Under the pieces are notes generated by a model. The model was not told the origin of the DNA. It saw nothing but the letters and a program-made list of their open reading frames with translations, and did not search any database. Shown in pieces: positions 1-10,045 of a stretch of 64,000 bases of DNA (position 1 is its first letter; each line of letters opens with the position of its first letter). The position numbers and the translations under genes are program-made. This stretch comes from an uncultured delta proteobacterium (GTDB taxonomy: Bacteria; Myxococcota; Myxococcia; Myxococcales; Anaeromyxobacteraceae). The stretch lies in assembly GCA_963814585.1 (NCBI GenBank), contig CAWFDF010000004.1, positions 64,001 through 128,000 on the forward strand. Reading direction: 5' to 3'.

Positions 1-28
1 ACGGACGTACCGACCACCCGCGGTGACG

Positions 29-57
29 TTGACGCCTCCGGGGAGCGGGTCTAGACT
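29..57 (+). promoter_or_regulatory. sigma70-type promoter of the Rrf2-suf operon
   Basis: TTGACG (29-34), 17-bp spacer, TAGACT (52-57), upstream of the Rrf2 gene. Confidence 0.7.
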
Positions 58-58
58 C

Positions 59-83
59 AATCCCGACGAAACTGGTCGGATTT
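59..83. promoter_or_regulatory. IscR/Rrf2-type operator (inverted repeat)
   Basis: AATCCCGACGAAACTGGTCGGATTT has the core CCGAC-N7-GTCGG, matching the YYGAC-N7-GTCRR geometry of IscR type-1 boxes; it overlaps the expected transcription start. Confidence 0.6.
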
Positions 84-140
84 CCCCGGCGCGGCGGTTC
101 ATCCGCCGCGGGCGTCCCCCCGGGGAACCTCCGGCCTGCC

Positions 141-701
141 TTGAGGAACCGTTCCCTGTCGAACCGCGCCACATTCCACGGATCGGGTGCCGTCGCCTTC
201 AGCACGAAGGGCGAGTACGGCGTGCGCCTCATGGTCCAGCTCGGACGGCGCTTCGGCGCGGGCCCCGCAAGCCTCGCGGACATCGCAGCGGACGAGGACC
301 TGCCGCGCGCCTACCTGGAGCAGCTGGTCACCAGCCTCCGGGATGCCGGGCTCGTCACGTCCACGCGCGGCGCCCGCGGCGGGTACGAGCTCGTCGCGCC
401 GCCTGCCGACATCCGCATGAGCGAGGTCCTGCGCGCGCTCGAGGGCCCCATCGCCCCGATGAAGTGCGCCGCGGACGACGCCGAGCACGCGTTCTGCGAC
501 CGGTCCGCGCAGTGCACGGTCAACGTGCTCTGGATCCGCGTCCGTGACGCGATCTCGGACACCCTCGAGTCCATCACCCTGGCGGACCTCGTCCCCGTCC
601 GCCACATCACCCTCGACCCGCGGCTGCCGGCATCGTCCCGGACCGGCGCGGCACCAGGGGAGCCCATGCCCGCACCCACGCTCACAGGAGCCACCTCGTG
701 A
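141..701 (+). CDS. Rrf2-family (IscR-like) transcriptional regulator
   Basis: [35 protein letters not shown] wHTH, three C-terminal Cys; heads the suf operon; start codon uncertain. Confidence 0.9.
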   Translation: MRNRSLSNRATFHGSGAVAFSTKGEYGVRLMVQLGRRFGAGPASLADIAADEDLPRAYLEQLVTSLRDAGLVTSTRGARGGYELVAPPADIRMSEVLRALEGPIAPMKCAADDAEHAFCDRSAQCTVNVLWIRVRDAISDTLESITLADLVPVRHITLDPRLPASSRTGAAPGEPMPAPTLTGATS

Positions 702-1579
702 CCGACGTCAACGACCGCGAGCTGATCATCCGCGACCTGCGGGTGGCGCCGGCCGCAAAGCCCGACCTGGAGATCCTCCAGGGGATCAACCTCACGATCC
801 GCAAGGGCGAGACCCACGCGATCATGGGCCCCAACGGGTCCGGCAAGACGACCCTGTCGTACGCGCTGATGGGCCACCCGGCCTACGTGATCAAGAGCGG
901 CGAGGTGCTCTGGAAGGGCTACAACCTGCTCGACCTCTCGGCCGACAAGCGGGCCCGGCTGGGCCTCTTCCTCGCCTTCCAGTACCCCACCGCGATCCCC
1001 GGGCTCTCGGTTGCCTCGTTCGTGCGCAGCGCGCTCAACGCCAAGCTCCAGGGGATCGACAAGAACCCCGACATCGATCCGACCGACGCCATCAGGGGTG
1101 GCGTCACGATGCTGGAGTTCCGGCGCCGGATGCGCGAGAAGATGGCCCTGCTCAAGATGGAGGACGCCTTCGCCGCCCGCTACGTCAACGACGGGTTCTC
1201 GGGTGGCGAGAAGAAGCGCCTCGAGATGCTCCAGATGGCGATGCTGGAGCCGGAGTTCGCGATCCTCGACGAGACCGACTCCGGGCTGGACATCGATGCC
1301 CTGCGCATCGTCGCCGAAGGCGTGAACGCCCAGTTGAACCCGAACATGGGCGTGCTGTTGATCACGCACTACCAGCGGCTGCTCAACTACATCACGCCGG
1401 ACGTCGTCCACGTCCTTGCGTCAGGCCGGATCGTGACCTCGGGCGGCAAGGATCTCGCGCTGCGTCTCGAGGAGGAGGGCTACGGTCCGATCCTCCGCGA
1501 GAACGGCTTCGAGACCAACCTGCCCGACGATGCGCTGATCGTCCCCCTCGAGCCGGAAGCGGCCGGCGCCGGCCGGTAG
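698..1579 (+). CDS. sufC: Fe-S cluster assembly ATPase SufC
   Basis: Walker [50 protein letters not shown]. Confidence 0.95.
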   Translation: MTDVNDRELIIRDLRVAPAAKPDLEILQGINLTIRKGETHAIMGPNGSGKTTLSYALMGHPAYVIKSGEVLWKGYNLLDLSADKRARLGLFLAFQYPTAIPGLSVASFVRSALNAKLQGIDKNPDIDPTDAIRGGVTMLEFRRRMREKMALLKMEDAFAARYVNDGFSGGEKKRLEMLQMAMLEPEFAILDETDSGLDIDALRIVAEGVNAQLNPNMGVLLITHYQRLLNYITPDVVHVLASGRIVTSGGKDLALRLEEEGYGPILRENGFETNLPDDALIVPLEPEAAGAGR

Positions 1580-1586
1580 GAGCGAG

Positions 1587-2843
1587 ATGACCACCGAGCT
1601 GCAGCCGGCCGCGACCGCCCTCGATCCGGCCGTGCTGCGGGCGGACTTCCCGATCCTGGACCAGGAGGTGCACGGGCACCCGCTGGTCTACCTGGACTCC
1701 GCGGCGACCTCGCAGAAGCCGCGCGTGGTCATCGAAACGATCGACGCCTACTACCGCCGCGACAACGCCAACGTCCATCGCGGCATCTACGAGCTGTCCG
1801 AGCGCGCCACGGCTGCCTACGAGGGTGCTCGCGGCAAGGTCGCCCGTCTGATCGGCGTCGCGGACCCGCGCGAGATCATCTGGACCCGGAACGCCACCGA
1901 GGCCATCAACCTCGTCGCCTACTCGTGGGGCCGGCGCAACATCGGTCGGGGCGACGTGATCGTCCTCACCGAGATGGAGCACCACGCGAACCTGGTCCCG
2001 TGGCAGATCCTGGCCCAGGAGAAGGACGCGGACCTCGAGTTCATCCCGATCACCGACGACGGCGTGCTCCGTCAGGACGTGTTCGAGCTCCTCCTCCGGC
2101 TCAAGCCGAAGCTGGTCGCCTTCACCCACGTGTCCAACACGCTGGGCACCATCAACCCCGTGGTCGAGATGACCCGCCTGGCCCACGAGGCGGGTGCGCT
2201 GGTGCTGGTGGACGGCGCCCAGGCCGTGCCCCACCTGCCCGTCGATATCGCCGGAATCGGCTGCGACTTCTACGCCTTCAGCGGCCACAAGGCCCTGGCC
2301 CCGACCGGTTCCGGCGTGCTCTGGGGCCGCCGGGAGCTGCTCGAAGACATGCCGCCGTTCATGGGTGGCGGCGACATGATCCGCGAGGTCCACCTCCGCC
2401 GGTCGGAGTGGAACGAGATCCCGTGGAAGTTCGAGGCCGGCACGCCCGACATCTCGGCGCAGATCGGTCTTGGAGCGGCGGCCGACTACCTCATGGGCAT
2501 CGGCATGGACCGCGTCCGTGACCACGAGCGAGAGCTCGTCACCTACGCCCTCGACCTGCTCCCGCGCGAGGTCCCCGGGATCGAGATCTACGGCCCGCCC
2601 GCGGAGCTCCGCGGCGGGGTCGTCCCGTTCAACCTGCCGGGCGTCCACCCGCACGACGTGGCCCAGGTCCTCGACCGCTTCGGCGTTGCGATTCGCGCGG
2701 GCCACCACTGCACGATGCCGCTCCACGAGCGGTTGGACCTGCCCGCCACCGCGCGCGCCTCGTTCCAGGTCTACACGACGAAGTCCGACATCGACGCGCT
2801 CGCCGCCGGTCTCCGCGAGGTCCAGCGGCTGTTCGGCGCTTAG
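1587..2843 (+). CDS. sufS: SufS-type (group II) cysteine desulfurase
   Basis: YLDSAATSQKP, NVHRG, FSGHK (PLP lysine), RAGHHC catalytic motif. Confidence 0.95.
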   Translation: MTTELQPAATALDPAVLRADFPILDQEVHGHPLVYLDSAATSQKPRVVIETIDAYYRRDNANVHRGIYELSERATAAYEGARGKVARLIGVADPREIIWTRNATEAINLVAYSWGRRNIGRGDVIVLTEMEHHANLVPWQILAQEKDADLEFIPITDDGVLRQDVFELLLRLKPKLVAFTHVSNTLGTINPVVEMTRLAHEAGALVLVDGAQAVPHLPVDIAGIGCDFYAFSGHKALAPTGSGVLWGRRELLEDMPPFMGGGDMIREVHLRRSEWNEIPWKFEAGTPDISAQIGLGAAADYLMGIGMDRVRDHERELVTYALDLLPREVPGIEIYGPPAELRGGVVPFNLPGVHPHDVAQVLDRFGVAIRAGHHCTMPLHERLDLPATARASFQVYTTKSDIDALAAGLREVQRLFGA

Positions 2844-2874
2844 GCGCCTGCGCTCGGCTATCCTGACCACGCCC

Positions 2875-3270
2875 ATGGACGACCTGTATCGCGACTACAT
2901 TCTCGAGCACTACCGGCGGCCCCACAACTTCGGGGTCCTGGATGAGCCGACGGCCACCTTTGAGGGTTCCAACCCGCTGTGCGGCGACCGCATCACCATG
3001 CAGCTGACGGTGCAGGACGGCGTCGTGACCGAGATCGGGTTCACCGGCCGCGGGTGTGCGATCAGCCAGGCGTCGGCGTCGCTGCTCACGGACGAGGTCA
3101 AGGGCAAGCCCCTCGCGGACGTCGCGGGCTTTGCGGCCACCGACCTCCTCGACCTGCTGGGCATCGAGATCAGCCCGGCGCGGCTCAAGTGCGCCATGCT
3201 CAGCTTCGACTCGCTGCAGCACCTGCTCGACGATGTCGGCGCCAAGCCCCTGGCGGGAGACGCCGGCTGA
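2875..3270 (+). CDS. sufU: SufU/IscU-type (NifU N-terminal) Fe-S assembly protein
   Basis: MDDLYRDYILEHY, NPLCGD, GCAISQASAS, RLKC; ATG at 2875. Confidence 0.9.
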   Translation: MDDLYRDYILEHYRRPHNFGVLDEPTATFEGSNPLCGDRITMQLTVQDGVVTEIGFTGRGCAISQASASLLTDEVKGKPLADVAGFAATDLLDLLGIEISPARLKCAMLSFDSLQHLLDDVGAKPLAGDAG

Positions 3271-4463
3271 AGACGTACGCCGAGCTGCTGCGCCAGGCGA
3301 GGGCCGAGGTTCGCGAGATCTCCCCGGCCGAGGCGGACGCGCTCCGGCGCAGCGGCGGTGCCGCCCTCGTCGACGTGCGGGAGAGCAACGAGTGGTCCCT
3401 CGGGCACATCCCAGGAGCCGTGCTCGTGTCCAAGAGCCACCTCGAGCAGGACATCGAGGCGGCGGTCCCTGACCGGTCGACACCCGTGATCCTCTACTGT
3501 GCCGCGGGTGTGCGGTCGCTGTTCGCGGCCCAGGCCCTGGGCGCACTGGGCTATCAGGACGTCGTGTCGCTCGCCGGTGGCTTCGACGCCTGGAAGGGCC
3601 GTGGGCTGGAGTGGGTGGCGCCGTCCGGCCTGAGCGAGCAGCAGCGACAGCGCTACAGCCGGCACCTCCTGATCCCCGAGGTTGGCGCCGCCGGCCAGTC
3701 GAAGCTGCTCGCGTCGCGTGTCCTGCTTGTCGGCGCCGGCGGGCTCGGCTCGCCGGCCGCGCTGTACCTTGCGGCGGCCGGCGTGGGGACGCTCGGCATC
3801 ATCGACTTCGACGTCGTCGAGCTGTCCAACCTCCAGCGCCAGGTCCTGCACACCACGGACCGCGTGGGGACCCCGAAGGTCGAGTCGGCCCGAAGGTCGA
3901 TCACCGCGCTCAACCCTGACGTGCGCGTGGAGGCGCACGAGGAGATGCTCGTCGCGGACAACGTCGCGCGCGTCATCGACGACTACGACGTCATCCTCGA
4001 CGGCACCGACACGTTCGAGACCCGGTATCTCCTCAACGATGCCGCCGTCGCGGCCCGGATCCCGGTGGTCCACGCCTCGGTGTTCCGGTTCGAGGGCCAG
4101 CTGACGACGTTTGTTCCGGACACGGGCCCCTGCTATCGCTGCCTCTACCCGTCACCGCCGCCACCGGAGCTCGCCCCCGGCTGCTCGGTTGCGGGCGTCC
4201 TGGGCGTGGTGCCGGGAATCATGGGCCTGCTCCAGGCCAACGAGGTCCTCAAGCTGCTGCTGGGCATCGGCGAGACGCTGGCCGGCCGCCTCGTCCTGTT
4301 CGACGCCCTCGCGATGGAGTTCACGGAGCTCCGCCTGCGCCGGGACCCTGCGTGTCCGGTCTGCTCCGATGCCGCGCGGGCCGCGCGGGAGGACGGCGCA
4401 CCCCTCCCGGTTCCGGCCACGTCCGCCCCCAGTGGCGTCTTCACGCTCCGTGCACAGGGCTGA
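3267..4463 (+). CDS. moeB: Rhodanese-fused MoeB/ThiF-family adenylyltransferase (E1-like)
   Basis: N-terminal rhodanese (DVRE, GHIPGA, YCAAGVRS), then RYSRH, GAGGLG, SNLQRQ, CYRC, CPVC; apparent CTG start overlapping the sufU stop. Confidence 0.9.
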   Translation: MKTYAELLRQARAEVREISPAEADALRRSGGAALVDVRESNEWSLGHIPGAVLVSKSHLEQDIEAAVPDRSTPVILYCAAGVRSLFAAQALGALGYQDVVSLAGGFDAWKGRGLEWVAPSGLSEQQRQRYSRHLLIPEVGAAGQSKLLASRVLLVGAGGLGSPAALYLAAAGVGTLGIIDFDVVELSNLQRQVLHTTDRVGTPKVESARRSITALNPDVRVEAHEEMLVADNVARVIDDYDVILDGTDTFETRYLLNDAAVAARIPVVHASVFRFEGQLTTFVPDTGPCYRCLYPSPPPPELAPGCSVAGVLGVVPGIMGLLQANEVLKLLLGIGETLAGRLVLFDALAMEFTELRLRRDPACPVCSDAARAAREDGAPLPVPATSAPSGVFTLRAQG

Positions 4464-4506
4464 GGATCCGGGCACCGCGGGCACTCCGGGCCGGCCGAGC
4501 GACCCC

Positions 4507-4959
4507 GTGAACCTCGGCCCGCCATCGGTGCGGCTCCCGGCCGCCATCGCCGAGGCCATCGTTGTCCATGCCCGAGCGGAGCAGCCCAATGAGTCGTGCG
4601 GCGTGATCGTCGGCTCGGCCGACGCCGGTTCGGGCGGCAGCCCGCTGCGGTACGAGCCCTGCCGGAACGAGCTTGCCTCCCCGGTCCGGTTCCGTATCCA
4701 CCCCGACGACATGCTGCGGATCGCGATCGCCGCCGAGGATGCCGGGGAGGACCTGTGGGCGTTCGTGCACTCGCACGTGCGGTCGCCGGCAGTGCCATCC
4801 GCGATGGACATCGAGGCGGCGGCATGGTGGCCGTCCGCCCTGCACGTGCTGGTCTCGCTCGATGGGGCGCAGGCCGCGCCATCGACAGGGGTGCCGTCGT
4901 TGCGGGCATGGCGGATCGACGGTGAGGATCTGCTCGAGGTGGCCGTGGAGCCCGCATGA
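4507..4959 (+). CDS. JAB/Mov34/MPN (M67) metallopeptidase
   Basis: PNESCG plus JAMM motif HSHVRSPAVPSAMD. Confidence 0.85.
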   Translation: MNLGPPSVRLPAAIAEAIVVHARAEQPNESCGVIVGSADAGSGGSPLRYEPCRNELASPVRFRIHPDDMLRIAIAAEDAGEDLWAFVHSHVRSPAVPSAMDIEAAAWWPSALHVLVSLDGAQAAPSTGVPSLRAWRIDGEDLLEVAVEPA

Positions 4960-5375
4960 CCTCGCCCGGGCGGGGCCAGGTGGCATGGCTGCTTTTCGGC
5001 ATCACCGCGCTCGTGGCCGGGACGCTGCTGGGCACCTGGGCCGAGCTGCTGGACGCGATCGCGCAGCCGCCGGCCCTGATCCGTGCGGCCCTCGTGGGCG
5101 GGAGTGTCGTGCTGGGACTCTGGCTGCTGGCCGAGGCCGTGCGTCGCCTCCGGGCGGGCCGTCGGGTGGAGGCGGACGAGATGACCGGTGGTGATCTCGC
5201 AGCCCTGGTGCGCGGCGTGCGCTACATCTTCCTCGCGGTTGCCGCGTTCGCGGCGGCGGCCGGGTGGCTTGTCGGCCATCCGTTGCCCTTCGTCGTCGCG
5301 CTCGTCATCGCAGGTGTCGACGTCCTTGAGACGACGTTCCTGCTGATCGTGGTGTCGTTCCGGAGCGAGCCCTGA
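4956..5375 (+). CDS. Hypothetical membrane protein (about 4 TM)
   Basis: ATGA overlap with the JAB gene; several hydrophobic segments. Confidence 0.7.
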   Translation: MTSPGRGQVAWLLFGITALVAGTLLGTWAELLDAIAQPPALIRAALVGGSVVLGLWLLAEAVRRLRAGRRVEADEMTGGDLAALVRGVRYIFLAVAAFAAAAGWLVGHPLPFVVALVIAGVDVLETTFLLIVVSFRSEP

Positions 5376-5490
5376 TGGCGTGTCGCTGATGCGGTTCCGG
5401 GCCCGGCGATCGGGCGAACCCCATGCCGCCAACAGGTTGATAACGTGGGACCAGTAGGGTTCGAGCGGCCCACCGCAAAGGAGAACTCGC

Positions 5491-7898
5491 ATGACCGCCA
5501 GCGATGTCACCCCCGCTTCGGCCGGCTTCTCGCAACCACTCGCTCCAGACGAGCTGCGCCTGATCGACGCGTACTGGCGCGCGGCCAACTACCTGTCGGT
5601 CGGCCAGATCTACCTGCTGGACAACCCGCTGCTGCGCGAGCCGCTCGAGCCGCGAGCACGTCAAGCCGCGGCTGCTCGGCCACTGGGGCACGACGCCCGG
5701 GCTCAACCTCATCTACGCCCACCTCAACCGGGTGATCCAGCAACGCGACCTCGACGCGATCTACGTCACCGGGCCCGGGCACGGCGGGCCCGGCGATGGT
5801 CGCCAACGCCTACCTCGAGGGCACCTACAGCGAGGTCTACCCCAACATCACCGGGACGAGGAGGGGATGCGGCGGCTGTTCCGCCAGTTCTCCTTCCCGG
5901 GCGGCATCCCGAGCCACGTCGCGCCCGAGACCCCCGGCTCGATCCACGAGGGCGGCGAGCTCGGCTACGCGCTCTCGCACGCCTACGGCGCCGCGTTCGA
6001 CAACCCCGACCTGCTGGTCGCCGCGGTCGTCGGCGACGGCGAGGCCGAGACCGGGACCGCTGGCCACGAGCTGGCACTCGAACAAGTTCCTCAACCCGGC
6101 GACCGACGGCGCCGTCCTGCCGATCCTGCACCTCAACGGCTACAAGATCGCCAACCCGACCGTGCTGGCGCGCATCCCGAAGGACGAGCTGCGGCAGCTG
6201 TTCGGCGGCTACGGCCACACGCCGTACTTCGTCGAGGGCGACGACCCGGACGTCGGTCCACCAGCAGCTCGCGGCGACGCTCGACACGGTGCTCGACGAG
6301 ATCCACGCAGATCCAGACCGACGGCCCGCGACGGACGGCGTCTCCGAGCGCCCGGCCTGGCCGATGATCGTGCTGCGCACCCCGAAGGGCTGGACCGGCC
6401 CGCCGGAGATCGACGGCAAGCAGACCGAGGGCTACGTGGCGCTCCCACCAGGTGCCGCTGGGCGAGGTGCGGACAAACGCCGGAGCACCGCGCAGATCCT
6501 CGAGACGTGGATGCGCAGCTACCGGCCCGAGGAGCTCTTCGACGACGACGGGGCCGCTGTCGCCCGAGCTCGCCGAGCTGGCGCCCACGGGCGACCGGCG
6601 CATGAGCGCCAACCCGCACGCCAACGGCGGCGCTGCTCCTGCGCGACCTGCGCCTGCCCGACTTCCGCGACTACGCGGTCGACGTCCCGAGCCCCGGGGC
6701 CACGACCGCCGAGGCGACCCGCGTCCTCGGCACGTACCTGCGCGACGTCATCCGACGCGCAACCGCGAGACGTTCCGGATCTTCGGCCCCGACGAGACCC
6801 CGTCGAACCGCCTGGGCGCCGTGTTCGAGGTCACGGACCGCCAGTGGGACGCCGAGATCCTGCCCGACGGACGAGCACCTGGCGCCCGACGGGCCGGGTG
6901 ATGGAGGTGCTCAGCGAGCACCAGTGCCAGGGCTGGCTCGAGGGCTACCTGCTCACCGGTCGCCACGGCCTGTTCAACTGCTACGAGGCGTTCATCCACA
7001 TCGTCGACTCGATGTTCAACCAGCACGCGAAGTGGCTCAAGGTCACGCGGCGATATCCCGTGGCGGCGGCCGATCGCGTCGCTCAACTACCTGCTGAGCT
7101 CGCACGTCTGGCGGCAGGACCACAACGGGTTCACCCACCAGGACCCGGGCTTCATCGACCACGTCGTGAACAAGAAGGCCGAGGTCGTCCGCGTCTACCT
7201 GCCGCCCGACGCCAACACGCTGCTGTCGCGTGACGACCACTGCCTGCGCAGCCGCCACTACGTCAACGTGATCGTGGCGGGCAAGCAGCCCAGCCCCAAC
7301 TGGCTGTCCATGGACCAGGCCATCGCGCACTGCACCCGCGGCATCGGCATCTGGGACTGGGCCAGCAACGACCACGGCGGCGAGCCCGACGTCGTCATGG
7401 CTGCGCGGGCGACGTCCCGACGCTCGAGGCGCTCGCGGCGGTGGACCTCATGCGCCAGCACCTGCCCGGAGCTCAAGGTCCGCTTCGTCAACGTCGTCGA
7501 CCTCATGCGGCTGCAGGACGAGAAGGAGCACCCGCACGGGCTCTCGAACGCGCGAGTTCGACGCGCTGTTCACGACGAACAAGCCGGTCGTGTTCGCGTA
7601 CCACGGCTATCCGTGGCTGATCCACCGCCTCACCTATCGCCGGACGAACCACGCGAACCTCCACGTCCGCGGCTACAAGGAGGAGGGCACCACGACGACG
7701 CCGTTCGACATGGTCATGCTCAACGACCTGGACCGGTTCCACCTCGTGATCGACGTGATCGACCGCGTCCCGGGCCTCGGTCCGCGGGCCGGTCACGTGC
7801 GCCAGCTGATGGTCGACAAGCGCATCGAGGCCCGGGCATACACGCGGCTTGAGGGGGAGGACGATCCCGAGATCGCGCGCTGGACGTGGCCGTACTAG
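5491..7898 (+). CDS. xfp: Xylulose-5P/fructose-6P phosphoketolase, broken by many frameshifts
   Basis: [51 protein letters not shown] and [16 protein letters not shown] occur across alternating frames; SD AAGGAG before the ATG. Confidence 0.9.
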
Positions 7899-9017
7899 GC
7901 GGCGCCGCGTCCGGCGACCGCATCCTCGTCGTCAATGCGGGCTCGTCCAGCCTCAAGCTGCGAGTGCTCGGGTCCGACAACGCGTTGCTCGCCGGGGTGG
8001 ACCTTCCGGCGCCCCGTGGGACGGCCGACGGCGCCCTGATGGCCAACGCGATCCGCGAGCTTGGGCCCGTGGACGCGATCGGTCATCGGATCGTGCATGG
8101 CGGCACCCAGTTCTCGGCCCCCGCCCGCATCGACGCGCTGGTCATCCGGCGCCTCGAAGCCCTGATCGACCTTGCACCGCTCCACCAGCCGAAGTCGCTC
8201 GCTGCGCTCGCCGCGGTTGGCGCAGTCCTGCCGGACGTGCCGGCCTTCGGCTGCTTCGACACGGCATTCCACGCATCAATCCCCCCCGCGGCGTCCACGT
8301 ATGCGCTGCCCGCCGAGTGGCGCAAGCGATGGAACCTGCGGCGGTTCGGGTTCCACGGACTGTCGCATGCCTACGCATCGCGGCGGGCGGCAGAGATGCT
8401 CGGGCGTCCGGCGGAGGGGCTGCGGCTGGTCACCTGCCACCTCGGAGCAGGGGCGTCGCTGGCCGCGGTTCGGGACGGCCGGTCGGTGGACACCACCATG
8501 GGCTTCACGCCGCTCGACGGGCTGGTGATGGCGACGCGCTCCGGGAGCGTGGACCCTGGCCTCGTCCTGTGGCTCGCCGAACACGCCCGAATGCCGCCCG
8601 CCGAGCTGGCCGCCACGCTCGAGCACCGCTCGGGACTGCTTGGCCTCGCCGGGACGCCCGACATGCGCGCGATCATCGACGGCGCGGCGTCCGGCGACCG
8701 CGACTGCCGTCTCGCGCTCGACGTGTACATCCACCGGCTACGGGGACTCATCGCATCGATGGCATCCTCGATGGGCGGTCTCGACGCCATCGTGTTCACC
8801 GGCGGTGTCGGGGAGCGGTCGCCGGTGATCCGGACGTTGGCCGCGGACGGCCTGGGCTTCCTGGGCATCTCCATCGACGCGTCGGCCAACGCCGCCACCA
8901 GCGCCGATGACCGCGAGATCACGCGCCGCCGGGGCGCCAGTCCGCACGCTCGTGATCGCGGCGCGGGAGGACGTCGAGATCGCTCGTGAGGTGCGCGAGC
9001 TTCTCGCCGTCCGGTAG
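7886..9017 (+). CDS. ackA: Acetate/propionate kinase (frameshift near 8930)
   Basis: [49 protein letters not shown]; the tail EDVEIAREV lies in another frame and ends at TAG 9017. Confidence 0.9.
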
Positions 9018-9129
9018 GCACGCCGAACCCCCGATGCTCGCGGCCCCGTCCGGACGGACGCGGGAACGGGCCGTTCGGCCGATGAGCCCGATCGGCATGC
9101 CCGCGAGGATTAGGTGACTGGAGGTTCCG

Positions 9130-10033
9130 ATGCGCATCCTGCTCGCGGTCGATGGCTCGGTCTCGAGCGACCGCGCCATCCAGCTCGTCTCCAGCCTGGA
9201 GCTGCCTCCCGACTCGCTCATCCGCGTGGTCTCCGTGCAGGAGCGCTTTGCGGACGCTCTCTCCGTGTCGTGGGCCGCCGTTGGCGACTCGAGCCCCAGT
9301 CTGGACACCGGGGAGGATGCCGACGCGCGCCACCGTCGCGAGGCCATCGCCCGGGCAGAGGGCACGCTCATGACCCCGGGAAGGAAGGTCGAGGGGTTCC
9401 TGCTGCACGGCCGCCCGGGAAGCGCGATCGTTGACGAGGCGGCGGCGATGAGCGCCGATCTCCTGGTTGTCGGCAGCCGGGGGCATGGCCGGATCGCGAC
9501 GATGCTGCTCGGCAGCACCGCCTCCGAGATCGTGGACCACGCACCATGCCCGGTCCTCGTCGCGCGCCACCACCACCTGGGGCCCGTCGCGTTCGCGGAC
9601 GACGGATCCAGCTCGGCCCGGAATGCCGAATCCGTGTTCACCCGCTGGCCCGTGTTCGCGGGCGAGGCCATCAGCGTGATCACCGTCGCCGAGACCGCGG
9701 TGCCCGTTGCTGCCGGCTTCACGCCCGGCATGTATGACCAGACCTATGCGTCGTACGCCGCATCGGCCGACGAGACGCGCAGCGCGGTGCGGGACGAGGC
9801 GGAGGGAGAGGCCCACCGGCTGGCCGACCTCGGACTCGATGCGCGAGCCATCACACTGGAGGGCGACCCTTCCACGGAGATCGTGCGCTTTGCTGCGGAG
9901 CGCGAGATCGCCACGGTCGTGATGGGGACGCGCGGCCGCACGGGACTGACGCGCCTGATCCTCGGCAGCGTCGCGCGCGAACGTGCTCCTGCACGCCTCC
10001 TGTTCGGTGCTGATCGTCCGCGACCGCAGCTAG
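9130..10033 (+). CDS. Tandem-domain universal stress protein (frameshift near 9980)
   Basis: MRILLAVDGS, VVGSRGHG...LLGS...APCPVLV; second domain VMGTRGRTG...ILGSVARNVLLHASCSVLIVR; SD GGAGG. Confidence 0.9.
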
Positions 10034-10045
10034 CCGGTCGAGCGC

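Noticed and set aside
3267..4959. E1 + JAB as a CBASS/Bil-type anti-phage ubiquitin-like system
   Set aside because: No E2, CD-NTase or effector; the rhodanese fusion and suf context point to sulfur transfer
5491..7898. Programmed frameshifting or pseudogene status for xfp
   Set aside because: Many scattered single-base indels with intact motifs, also seen in neighbouring genes, fit sequencing error better
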